Positions 51,924 to 64,000 of a DNA stretch of 64,000 bases are shown here, piece after piece. The notes below the pieces were generated by a model. That model ran no database searches and was not told where the DNA came from. It saw only the letters and a program-made list of their open reading frames with translations. This DNA comes from Paraspadella gotoi (taxonomy: Eukaryota > Animalia > Chaetognatha). Made by a program: the position numbers and the translations under genes. Numbering within the stretch: the first letter of the stretch is position 1; every line of letters begins with the position of its first letter. The stretch is taken from contig CM119267.1 in NCBI GenBank assembly GCA_051294375.1, positions 25,497,293-25,561,292 of the forward strand, in the 5' to 3' direction.

Positions 51924-54900
51924 ATGGAGGGAAGTCGCAATGGCGGCGAACCCGGCGATCTTCTTATAATCGTGATCGACTGTAATCCGTTTTGGTGGGG
52001 CAAGAACGCGGTGGCCGCCGGCGGAGAAGATCGTGACTCCCTATGGCAATGCCTAGACTCAGTGCTGGCGCTCGCCAACGCGCACCTCGTCTTTCACGCG
52101 GACAATGACGTCGCCATCATCGCCTGCTATAATAGCAGAACTAAGTGGCTCAGGTATTGTAAATGTCAAGATTTTCTGATGTTCTCTTTTTTTTCACGTT
52201 TCATGAGACATTCAAATGTGTAAGACGGAGGATAGTTTTTATAATTAGGCAATAGGCAATCAGGCATTAGCTTTTTGTATGATAACGGCGGACAGTGGTG
52301 AGGCGGTTTTAAGTCGACACATTTGCTAAATACTATTAATTAGCGTAGGTTTAATAATTGCCGTGACTAACTTCTACGAATGCGACTTGTTTAATACTTA
52401 ATGTAACACTTAAAAAAAAAACAAAAAACGTTTCGTCTTTTGATGATATTTCCGAGTGGGCGTCTGTTTGAACGCCAATGTCTGTTATGAAACGAAGCCA
52501 AAATTGAGTAATATTTGAATCTGTTATCATTAGGACTAAGGTCCGCAGTTTTCATCACATTTTTGCATCACATCCATATTATGGATCGATTTAAATACAA
52601 AAATATGTTAATAAATGTATATTTTTATTGCTCATTATGTTTTTTGAGGCTGAATAGGAAAATAAATGAATATAACTTATCTTCAAAAAATTAGTCTAGA
52701 AAATATTCAGTTTGAGTAACACTTCCGGTTCAGCAGCATTAAAAACGCTACTTATGGTTTAGCTTTTAAGCTAAAATTAAGTATAATAATTAAATATAAT
52801 AATTCTAAACTAATTATTTTAATCAGTTTTTTTTTTTAATTTAATTACAACAGGTTTCTATCATTTAACACAAATAATTTTATTATAAATTTAATAATTG
52901 ACGCTCGTGGCACTTTGACGCTTCTGTAACACCCTAGGATAATTTTTTTTTCTTTTGAAACTAATACCAATAGATAGCCCATGAAAAGACGAATCGATAG
53001 ACGTGCTCCGTTGAGGGCTACGAGCATTTCTCCCGGTAAAAATTGAATCTAGATTGAATCTATAATTCCATAATGTTTCTAGTTATCAAGAACCGCGTAA
53101 ATCCGTTGCTTCCACCTCCACCGAAATCCTTAACGGCGCCGAGGAAGACGAATCCTACGGAGTCTTTCCCAACGGCGACGCCCTACTTGAGGAAAACTCA
53201 AACTCGGCACCGGACACGGATCTGGGCTCCGCTTCTGGGTAAGTGGAACCGGGTGGGTTTTGTGTTTGGCCGGAGAAGATCAGAAACCGACGGTAAATGA
53301 AAAAACGGGTAATATTAAAAGAATTAATTTCTACGCTCACACTCGTGTTTCATCGTTTCATCGTCCTCACCTTGACCTGTCCTCTCATCTGACCACTATT
53401 CTGTCTCACCACATTCCTTTCAATTTTTGGCATTTTATTCTCTTATCATTTCCTAATAACTTTTCTCATATCTTTTCTTTAATCCCCTTTTATTTTTTCG
53501 CCTTCTCGATTCTTCGAAGCCTCAGAGACGGAAAACTGGAGCGCCTCTCTACTATGAACGATCACGTGACTTTGGGTCTGAAGGCCTTCGTTAAGGAAAA
53601 CTCTGAGGAGGGCGGCGTCGTCGGCGCCGGGAACGATTCCGTCGTCGCCGGCGCTCTGGCCATGGCCTTGTGTTACATCAACAAACGACAGAGGGTGAGC
53701 GTGGAGTGGGAGAGAGTGGAAGAAGATAGAAGATATAGTGATAGGAAAAATAAAAGTCATGAAAAAGAGAGAGAGAGAAAGCAGAAAAAAGGACGTATTT
53801 TAATATTTTTCGTCAGTTTTGTATATTTTTAAATCGGTATTACAACCAGGCGTATGAGCGTTATTAGATACCAAAAAAGTAACACCATGAATTAATTTAT
53901 TTTAAAACAAGTTTGAGCAATCAATGTCGGATCTGCCCACGATCATTAGCTGAAATTAATTAATTAATAAATTAATTATAGTCATATTTGACGTAATATG
54001 ACTATGGAATATTAATATCTGATAGACGAGACTACTAATTTTTAGTTATTGTATAGATTATTTCGAAAAAATAATTCAATTATTTTTTACATAGCTACAA
54101 TTAAATTGGGGTAAAACGGAACACCTTTAAGGAAGTATTCTGTGTTACCTAATATGCTTTTTATAAAGTTTTAGTGATAATTTACTCAGTAATAATAAGA
54201 GTTTGCAATATTTTTTATATAATTAGGTGGAAAAGATTATTATACTATTAATAATACAGTAAAAAAATCTATTTTTAGCAATAAAAAAGTTACAAAAGTT
54301 TGGAATGGAATTTAACGCCTAAATATGGTTAAAAAATTAGTAAAAAAAAAATTAAGATGAAATTAATATAAAAATAATATGAATAAAAATATTTTGAAAA
54401 GGAAATAAAAAATAATCTAAATTTCTAAAGATAAATATAAATGATAAATAAAAAGAATAAGAAAAAATAACATTGGAAATAAAAAAGGGAAAAAAACCAA
54501 TATTAATTGAAAAGGAAGTTGGGGACAAAATGCAGGAATGGAAGGAAATAAAAAACTCAGTCAAAAATACTATAAATAAAAAATATATATAAATTTGTTA
54601 TCTATTGTCATTCAATAATTTTGCAAAACTGAGAACATGGTATTAAAAATTATTTTAAGCACCTAAAAATATAAGATTTTCAATTTTTTATACATAAAAC
54701 ATTAATGAGAAGCTCTATGCTCTTAATAATAGTGTAAGTGTTCCGTTTTACCCCTGGGTGGGGTAAAACGAAACACTTTTCTATTTTTTTAAAAAATGCG
54801 ACCCCTAGGGGCCGCAGGAGAAAAATGAATACATCATCCTGTAGCGGGGACACTTTTCAAGATATATCACCACAAATTTTTTTTTTTTAATAAATTTACT

Positions 54901-57900
54901 ATGCGAAAAATTTGATTACTTCCAAAAGTGTTCCGAATTACCCCGCACTACCCTAAATAAATTGATTGATTGAATAATTGATTAATTGACCGATTAATTA
55001 ATTATTTATTAATTAATTGATTAATTAACTGATTATTTGATTAATTAATACATCTTGCATTTACATTTAATATAAAAAGAAAAAGAAGCATAATCAATTA
55101 GTGAAACAGGTGTTTTTATTTTTTTCATTTAAACTCATTTCCACTCGCACGATTCCATCGAAACTTCATATCCAGCTCAATCACACACTTCCCTACCCAC
55201 ACACAAAATTTCATTCCAATCCATCCATCCAATCACGAGCAATTGGAGTTTTTTGCTAAGGTGGGACGGACGGACTGACGGACATCGTTTTTTTTTTTTT
55301 TTTGCATAATTAATTTTACCATGCCCTTCATTTGCATAAACCAAGGGGGGCCAGCTCATTTTGAGCTCTTTCTTACTCCTTAAATTTCATTTTAATCATT
55401 TACTTAACACTTAAAATTCTCATATTTAATTTTTCACAAATTTCATTTCATTTTTCACTTTCTATCCCTTAACTATTTATCCACTATACAATTGTTAAAT
55501 TTTACTAATTTTAGTTTCAAAGCATTTATCTTTGTTGTACATTGCACAATGTATCATTTATTATTTATTAGCTCATTTTGAGCTCTTTCTTACTCCTTAA
55601 ATTTCATTTTAATCATTTACTTAACACTTAAAATTCTCATATTTAATTTTTCACAAATTTCATTTCATTTTTCATTTTCTATCCCTTAACTATTTATCCA
55701 CTATACAATTGTTAAATTTTACTAATTTTAGTTTCAAAGCATTTATCTTTGTTGTACATTGCACAATGTATCATTTATTATTTATTTATCCCTGTTCTCT
55801 CTCTCTCTCTCTCTAAGTTTCACTTCTTTTCACAACTTATTCAATCTGTCCTACCTTGACCTGTCCTCTCATCTGACCACTATTCTGTCTCACCACTTTG
55901 TTGGAAAACTTTTACCCTATTCTCTCTCTCTCTCTTCTTATGCACAAATTTTAAACCATTCTGTCAAAACGCTGATGAAGACTTGTAAAACAAGTCGAAA
56001 CATGTCTGTTCAACTATAAATAAAATTCGTTGCAAACAAAAACTTTGTCAATTCTCTCATAATTTATCATAATTCAATGTTCTGACATGATATAAGTGAA
56101 TGCCCGACAAGATTGAGAAGGCGGACCGACGCACCGATAAAGTGAATTATAAAGTCGGGATCTGCTGATAAGCAGATCCGACTAAAAACTATTCTATTCT
56201 TTTTCGCGCGTCGGGATTTGATTGACGATTTGTAGCAGGATTTTTTCCATTCTGTCCATCTGTTTTTTTATTTCTTCAATTTGTTTTTTCATTTCCTTTA
56301 TTTGTTCCTTTATTTCTCCATCTTGCGTGGCTTTGTTTTCCTCAGTCTCCAACGCGATGACATTTTTCATGGTTAATTCCTTATCATTCGTCGTCACTTG
56401 GTCGATCTGTTCCGACGGCCGAGGCGGCGTCGGGTCGAGTGACTTCGACTGCGTCTCTGGATCCGAGATTTCGTTTTTAGGAAAATTATAATGAATGAAT
56501 TTTTCTTTCTCCGTCTTTTCCGTCTCGACTAAAGAGAGGGATTTCTTTGGCCCCACGTTTTTAGACTTCATGTCGGATTTTCTTTTGAGGACCTCGACGT
56601 GATTGGAAGGAAAGATGCCGGCCGCCTTAGAATGGCGTTCGCTGTGCGAGAAACCCTTCCACCACCCCGGATGTTGGGGCAGAGTGTCGATCACCGTCAA
56701 CTTGTCGCCTTTTCTAAAAGCGGAAAGAATTCTTGTATAGTTTATTGTATTTATGAAAGTAAAAAAACATGATACGAATACGATATTTGTTTGTCCTCCT
56801 CTTACTTGATTGTCAAATCGTCCCTCTCTCGAGCGATGAAGTCGTAAAGAACACGGACTAGGTAGGGATCGTCTATTTCTGGCTCCGTTCTCTCAGCTCC
56901 CGCTCCTGTCGCCTCCCCAGCTGCCCTGGCCTCTGCGACCGCTGCATTCGTAGGTTGATCGTAGGTGTGAGCTTTTTTGAAATTAGCTCGCCTATCTAAA
57001 GTCGGTATAAAGTTGGTAGAATCAGCGCTTCCGCTGACGCTACCCGAAGCACTGCCGCTGACGCTGCTGTCGGTGCTTGCGGCGGAGGTCTTGCTGCGGC
57101 TTCCGGGTTCGAAAACTACGGAGTTTTCGGGATCATTAGGATCATCGTATAAAGTGTTGTTTTCGTGCGTTGGCAGATCCTTCTCGGGAGAGGCGTCGTC
57201 TTCACCCGACCTGAGACGATTGTCTCTCAAGTAGATGCCCCTACCGGCGCCATTGTCGTTGTTGTTGTTGTTATCGATGACGGGTGGCGGTCCCTCCCTG
57301 ATAACAAGATAATCTCTGGGCACGAGTCCCTCGACGCGCGGTTTGCCGACGACGTAGCCGCGCCACCATCCGTCGTCGTTTCCATCTCCGTCGTGTTTTT
57401 CCAATACGCAGACGACGTCGTCACGTTTCAACGCCACCTCGCCCGGGCGATCCGTTTCGAAGTCGAACGCGGCGACGTAGAATCGTGGGTCGGGAGGCGT
57501 CGGTCGCGGCGTCGTTTCGATGGACATTCTGTCCGCCACCATTTTTGCCGCCACCGCCGCGATCCCCGCCAACTCTTTCGTTTCCAATTGAGTCGGGGGT
57601 TGTTTTTGTCCCTTGGGCATTTGTTTACAATTGTTTTACCCCCTTTTTCGTTCCGAGTAAAGATACTTTAATCTTTATAATTTCACTCGAATAGGAAGTA
57701 ACATCAATTCTTTTTTTCTTTTTTCCCTTTTTTTTTTTTTATTGGGTTTTTCCGGGATCGAAAATTCTGGAGAAACCGGTTCCACGGATTCGGGTTTTTA
57801 TTTTTCTTTCGACGCGCGGGCGTCCGAAATCAAGCCAACGAATTTTATTATAGAGTTTGAAAGACTGATGGGTGCTGGTTAAGAACATCTCGTCAAGCGA

Positions 57901-58893
57901 GTTAATTTTTGTTATTTGAGTCGCCGTGCGTTTTGAGTTTAATGTGAAAAACTTGTTTCTTTTATGAAATTGTTAAAATAGGAATAATAAATATTCAGCT
58001 TCTTTACTCTTCATGCGTCAATTTGGTTAATCTAGAAGAATGATAAACTAATGAAATTAATTATTAGTTATTTTTTTAAAGTCATTTAAGAGAGTGGGAC
58101 AGGCGCTACCCTCAGCACCAATCGAAACGAAATCTAGATTAATTGAATATTTAATTTTATTTATCAATATATGAATGTATATTGTATAATTTGTAAAAAT
58201 TTAAATTCGATTTCACATAACTAATTAACTACTGTGTATTGTAAATTAACTAGAAATTTCTGATTTGGTTTCCTTTTCTTTCCCTTTAATCTCAGTTACT
58301 TCACCCCGATACTTCCTCCGACTTTTCATCCTTTTCTTCCTCTTCCTCCTCACGCATTTTGATCGTCAAGGGCGCGGACGACTGCTCCTCTCAATACCTC
58401 AATCTCATGAACTCTGTCTTCACCGCGCAACGTCTCAACGTTATCGTCGACTCCTGCGTTCTGGGCAAAGTCTCTAGTCTGCTCCAACAGGCCGCCGACA
58501 TCACTGGCGGCATCTGTCTGCAAGCGCCTTCGTTGGCCGGGTTAACGCAGGTGCCGATTGATCGATCGATTTATTTATTTATTTATATATTTATTCATTA
58601 ATTATTTCATTCCTTCTTTCCCCCCCCCCCCTTATTTTTTACTTTCACAGTACCTTCTTTGGGTTTTCCTTCCCCGTCCTTCCCTTCGTCCCTCCTTATC
58701 TCTCCCGCCCTCGGCCCGGGTCGACTACCGCGCCGCTTGTTTCTGCCATCGAAATCTCATCGATGTTGGTTTCGTCTGCTCCGTTTGCCTCTCGATCTTT
58801 TGCTCCTTTTCGCCCATCTGCTCCACCTGCCACACTACTTTTAAGATGCCCCTCAAAATCGCTGGGTCGAAGAAGAGCAAAAAGACTTCGTAA
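51924..58893 (+). CDS. GTF2H3: TFIIH subunit 3 (p34/Tfb4)
   Basis: Exons 51924-52153, 53083-53238, 53520-53694, 58296-58550, 58651-58893; [87 protein letters not shown]. Confidence 0.95.
53905..56186 (-). mobile_element. HINE-like element (second family) in GTF2H3 intron 3, with nested inserts
   Basis: Minus-strand start TTTTAGTCGGATCTGCTTATCAGCAGATCCCGAC and end GCAGATCCGACATTG..GCTCAAACTTGTTT; related ends at about 48845 and 51630-51665. Confidence 0.55.
55968..56010 (+). ncRNA. Minimal type I hammerhead ribozyme, second copy
   Basis: AACG-CTGATGA-A-GACTTG-taaaa-CAAGTC-GAAA-CATGTC-TGTT; stem II has a different sequence from copy 1 but still pairs. Confidence 0.8.
56194..57620 (-). CDS. 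Double-SH3 plus C-terminal coiled-coil adaptor (CD2AP/CIN85-like architecture), nested in GTF2H3 intron 3
   Basis: Exons 57620-56806 and 56713-56194 (GT-AG intron 56805-56714); SH3-1 [19 protein letters not shown]; SH3-2 [27 protein letters not shown]; tail [25 protein letters not shown]. Confidence 0.85.
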
Positions 58894-59293
58894 ATATTTT
58901 TCTTGTTTCCTCGACCCCGATAACAACATCAACTGATCGAACCATTTGCTGTAGTTGTTATTTCTTCGCTTGATGTAAATAACATGACGGTATATCTCTT
59001 ACAATTGGCTAAAGAGCATTACTCAGAAAAGGTTCTCTTTTCGTCGAGATGCCTTTACACACAATCCCCCCCACCACGAGATTTCATTTTATATATAAAG
59101 TCTATCGTTGCATTTTATAATTGAGTTTATCTTTTCTTAGAAATTATTCGTCCTGTGCTGTGAGGCCCGAGACTGAAATATGTATTGGAATCACAAGCGA
59201 CTATTCAATTAATAAGGATCCAGGATGTTTTGAATAATTTTTAAAAAAATCTTTTCTTTCTTGCGTTATATTATTCTGACGGAAAAATTCACC

Positions 59294-61224
59294 ATGGGGA
59301 ATCTCTTCGCCAAAAAATCGCCCAAGTCCCGTGTGACCGAGGAAGACAAGGCGGTGTTGCAGCTGAAGCAACAGCGCGACAAACTCAAGCAGTACCAGAA
59401 GAAAGTGCAGCTTCAATTGGAAAAAGAACGACAGTTAGCCAAGAAGCTGCTGAAGGAAGGCAAGAAGGAGCGGGCGTTGCTCTTGCTGAAAAAGAAACGT
59501 TACCAGGAGTCCTTGTTGACTAAAACTGACAATCAACTGGACAACATCGAGCAGATGGTGGGGAATTTGGAGTTCGCGCAGATTGAGACCAAAGTCGTGG
59601 AAGGGCTCAAAGCCGGCAACGAAAGCTTAAAAAAGCTGCAACAGGTTGTGTATTGTGTGAAAAGTATTCTCGAGAAAGATTTTATGTAAACTCTTGTAAC
59701 TATTGCACAGAAGGCTTCATATTATAAAATGTAGTACCCCTTTTTTTGTGACCAGAATCTGTTCCCACCAAACTACCCAATCGAATTTAATGAAATTTTA
59801 CATTTAGAGTGCTAATGACTATATAAATGGAATTATCGAGGCGAATTTTGATATTCAACCCCTGACAAGAGATACAGGGCCCTGGGGGTGGATCCCTGGG
59901 GGCCAAAAAATGCTAAAATTTTTTTTTTATTTTTCAAATTTTTTTAGTAGCATCAGGTGCATTGACGTTTTAAACATAGAAAAAAACATTTTAGAACTAA
60001 AATTGATAAATTTGCAATAATTAAGCTTTGTTTGAAGATGCATGGTTCATCGTTTTACTTCCAATTTTCCCAAATTATTCCAAATCTGACTTTAACTGCT
60101 GATATTCATGAAGCTAACAATTAAGGTAAATGAATATTTTTGAGGTAATAAATACGTTTTTGTGGAAGAGTAAACGTCTGTGCAACTCACTATCATTGAT
60201 TTAGCATCTAAAATCGGAAAAAGGGTAGTACATCATACAATAATACTTATACTTTTAATCTATGAGGAAGTATCATAAGAAACTTCTCGTGCAATATCAG
60301 TTTTCAAAAATCAGTTTTTCTGGACATATAGGGGTTTCCTTATTTTGGACTCACTTTGTCGAGCTATAATCCAGGAAGTTTATGATATATTTCCTTTTTT
60401 TTTTAAATCATAGTAAGTAACTGAATATCTAGCATGGATTGAATTAAAATTTATTTAAAAACTGTTTTACTGTATCTGAGTTTTCAAAAATTAGCTGAGA
60501 AACTATATGGAAACATGCGGAAACATGATCATTCTTATTTAATTTAATGATTGATTTTATAACGCACATGATATATTCGGGAGATCTTCCGCAATATTCC
60601 GCTTCATATGTAAATAGCAAAATGATTTTCAAATTAATTATTTTACACAAATCCGATAAGACTAATTTATAAAGTAAATTTCGTTTTTAAGAGCAATTTT
60701 CAACTGAATCACTGATTCGCAAAGCTAAATTTTCTACCACGACAACGACCAAATGTAAGCGTCAGTTATGTCTTGTAATTTAGAAATAAAAGAATATGTA
60801 TAATAAAAGATCAACGATTCATTGAGGAGTAGAGAGAGAGTAGAGCTAATGATATAGTAAAGATCGGGGAATGGATCGAGCAAAGGATCGGGCAAAGGAT
60901 GAGGCAAACCGTGCGGACATTGTTTAACTGTTTAAAACAAAAATAATAAAAAAAATTGAAATAATTTTTTGACCATTTGTGGCCCTCAGGGGCTGCCCCC
61001 TCAGGGCCCCTTATCTCAGCTTTGGGGTAGAATGTAAAAATTCGCCTCGATAGTTCCATTTGTACTGGTACTCCGCATGCAAAATTTCATTAAATTCTAT
61101 TCAGTAGTTTTCTCGGAACGTGTTCTGCCACAGTACCACATTTTATAATATGAAGCCTTCTGTAATTAAAGAACACTTCAAAAAACAGAGAGAGAAGGAA
61201 GTCATTAAAACTGAGTTAATTTTT

Positions 61225-61272
<48 letters not shown>

Positions 61273-61647
61273 AAGGATTTTAAAAGTTGTTTAATCCTTC
61301 AGATGATGAGCCTCGAGGACGTGGAGAGAATCATGGAGGAGACTCGCGATGCCGTCGAATATCAAAACGAAATAGACGCCGTGATTTCGGGTCAGTTAAC
61401 GCCGGAGGACGAAGACGCCGTCCTCGCCGAGCTCGACGCTATCACCCAAGTGGACTTGCCGGAAGCGCCGACGGAGGAATTGCCGGGGATCGCCGAGAAG
61501 GAACCGGTTGCGGTGGACGTTGCTCAAGCCGCTGCCGCCGCCGAGAAGGAGTTGGAAGAACTGGAGCTGCCCGACGTTCCCATGGAGGCACCGAAGGAGA
61601 AGAAGCAGAAGGAGAGAGATGAGAGGACGCCGGTTTTGGCCGCTTGA
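59294..61647 (+). CDS. CHMP6: ESCRT-III subunit CHMP6/Vps20
   Basis: Exons 59294-59644 and 61303-61647; myristoylation start MGNLF, SRVTEEDKAVLQLKQQRDKLKQYQK, C-terminal MIM2-like LPDVP. Confidence 0.96.
59708..61162. mobile_element. Non-autonomous DNA transposon sharing the family B terminal motif, in the CHMP6 intron
   Basis: Long TIRs CAGAAGGCTTCATATTATAAAATGT / ACATTTTATAATATGAAGCCTTCTG; same terminal 12 bp as 32140-32612. Confidence 0.8.
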
Positions 61648-62805
61648 AGAAAAATCCTTTGCCTTTTTTATCTTTACATCGCTCAGAAGTCCTTCTTCTT
61701 CCCTTGTCATGAGTCGTTTCGAATTGAAAAGCTCGTCTGTGGTCCTTTTATTTTTCAGTTTTTGTTTTTTATTTTATTCTGGACCGGTTTGTTTATTGTT
61801 GTTGTTGTTTAGAATAACTGGAGTTGCACTGTTAATTTAAATATCATAGGGTAGCGCGGGAAAATTCGGAACACTTATGGAAGTAATCTAATTTTTCGCT
61901 TAGAATTTTTTTTTTTTTTAGAGATGCGCATCTTTGAATCGAAGCTCCGATCAAGTTTTCCTTTATATTTCACTTCTATTCAAAACTGCATAGTCAAGGC
62001 CAAAACAAATTATGTCAATATGGGCAGATTCGAAAGCTTGACGTCTTGGAAGCCAATGGAGGTAGAGCGCGATCAAAATTTCATTTTATCATGCCCAAAA
62101 ATGGTATTTAAATGGACTGGTCAGGCCGTTTTTCCCTATTCCAAGAAAACCTCCTGGCTCTTTTGAGTAAAAAAGACCAAATCATACATATCAGTACAGT
62201 TTCCGAAACCTTATTGTTTTCTCTACATGATGAAAAAAGGAAAATTAAATTCTTGCAATCTTAATTGCTTGATAAAGCAATCAAATAACTGGTTTTTTAG
62301 GTGAAAACTGCATAGTCAAGCCTTCATTTTTTTTCAATTTTGAACCACAATTGACAGAAACTGTTATGATTTACTATTCAAATCGGGTATGAGCGCGGGC
62401 TTAATTCAAAGCGTTTTCTCAAAATAAGGCAAAATTTAAAAAAGTCCAATAAAAACTATTAAAAACAAAATCGTCGCACAGTGTTGCTTGTGAGTCCCAA
62501 ATGCTAGAAAAATAATTTTTTAAATTTTTTATATTATTATATAATATATAAAATATTTATATAAATATAATTATAGTGTTAAGAATGAATTTTTTTATTC
62601 AATCCGAGAAAGGTAGTACTATATATTAAAAGTATATATGCTTAAAAAATTATATTTTAAATAAAATTAACTAATTTTTCTAAACTGCGACAATTTTTTT
62701 TATCATGATATAATTAAAAAATATAAAATAAAATTTTAATTTTTATAATATATAATAATTATATTAATATAATAAAATTTTAAAAAATAAATTTTTTTAT
62801 TTTAA

Positions 62806-62836
<31 letters not shown>

Positions 62837-64000
62837 AATACTAATAATAAAAATAATAATATTAAATAAAATTAAATTTTTTTTATTTCTTAATTATAAT
62901 TATTATTTTTATTATTTTTATTATTATTATTTAATTATTATTATATAATCTGATAATATATTATATTAATTTATTTTATTTATTTAAAATTATATAAAAT
63001 TACTTTTTAATTATTTTAATATTCAAATAAATTTTTAAAAAAATTATTTTTATAATTATATATAATAAAAAAATTATTTTTAACTGAACCGGATTTTTTC
63101 TGAAAAATTCAGGCCCAGGATCTCACCTGTGCGATGGTTCTAAAGCTTAGTACTACGCATAATACTAATCTTTGTTGGATCAAAACGAGCTCGATTTTAA
63201 GCAAAGTTGATCGGTTTGAAAAGCGATTTTTGCGATTGCTTTTGGCGGATTCTTTTGAACGGATTGTCGGATTATGATGAAATTATGCATGTAGATAATG
63301 TTTGCAATTGTCTATCGAACGCTACCAAATTTGATAGAAAACAAATGAGTTGTTTAGAAACGATGCTCATCCCCAATCTAGGTAGGAGCCGACGTCGTTC
63401 TAAGACATCGAGGAAGAGATTTTCAATGGAGATTTTCGTTCAAATCTGACTACCAAACAATATAAACGTTCCTGGGAAAAATTCCGGTAAAAAATCTATG
63501 TAAAAACACTGGATCCTGATCCTGTTGTATCTGAAGGGCTCGCATATTTTTTCTCTTGACAAATCATCATCATCTTGATATCAAACAAGCCAGAACAAAG
63601 ACTGCTTTTTGAAAACGATATAAACGTGACTGAGGTATGTTCCTGTTCAACAAATGACGTCCAATTTTGGAATCCTTTGGCAAAGTGTCTGAAGGGCTCT
63701 TAAAATTTTCTTTTACATTTTATTTGGTTATTTTGATATGATACGATCATGGGAAAGTGAATTAGTCCATTTTGGTGAAATTTTTATTTAAAGTAAAGGT
63801 AAAAGAGGAGCTAACGATCGGAAATCTAAGAGGTTTTCAACCGGGAGTCAGATTCGGGAAAAATCTTCTATGGCAAAAATCTTCCAAAGAAGGGGTGGAT
63901 TTTCCGAAGATTTTGGTTAAAATTTTCTATATTTATGGTCGGATTTTTTTAAAACTTAATATTTATAATATTGCCATCATTCTATCTTGGCGGGTATAAG

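Noticed and set aside
62450-63080. Extremely AT-rich tract as an origin or regulatory element
   Set aside because: Low-complexity (AAT)n-type sequence within a probable transposon remnant related to about 50880-51260; no specific signal

Overview
Eukaryotic genomic DNA from an invertebrate animal (taxon not determinable here): GC-rich exons, AT-rich GT-AG introns and many small transposons. Splicing the ORF track by hand gives 17 host protein-coding genes on the + strand, in order: CNNM 3' end, FBXO31, DIPK1/FAM69, OGFOD2, MPC1, an orphan 484-aa protein, GTSF1-like, CNEP1R1, a CCCH protein, two paralogues with a MADS-like N-terminus, an RRM/CCHC/repeat protein, BRAF, a third MADS-like protein, an ankyrin-RING protein, GTF2H3 and CHMP6. 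The only minus-strand host gene is a double-SH3 adaptor nested in a GTF2H3 intron. Main observations: (1) the genes are co-oriented, tightly spaced, and most have a pyrimidine-AG acceptor just before the ATG, which suggests SL-trans-spliced operons; (2) a local protein family joins a MADS-like dimerisation module lacking the DNA-binding arm to CCHC knuckles and/or a LINE-ORF1/FP25K-like C-terminal domain; (3) a young 1.9-kb LTR element has non-TG..CA ends, 5-bp TSDs, a solo LTR elsewhere in the window, and a single ORF rich in LC8-binding TQT-type motifs; (4) two Penelope-type minimal hammerhead ribozymes; (5) Helentron/HINE-like elements and MITEs, some nested. All homology calls are by eye; no searches were run.
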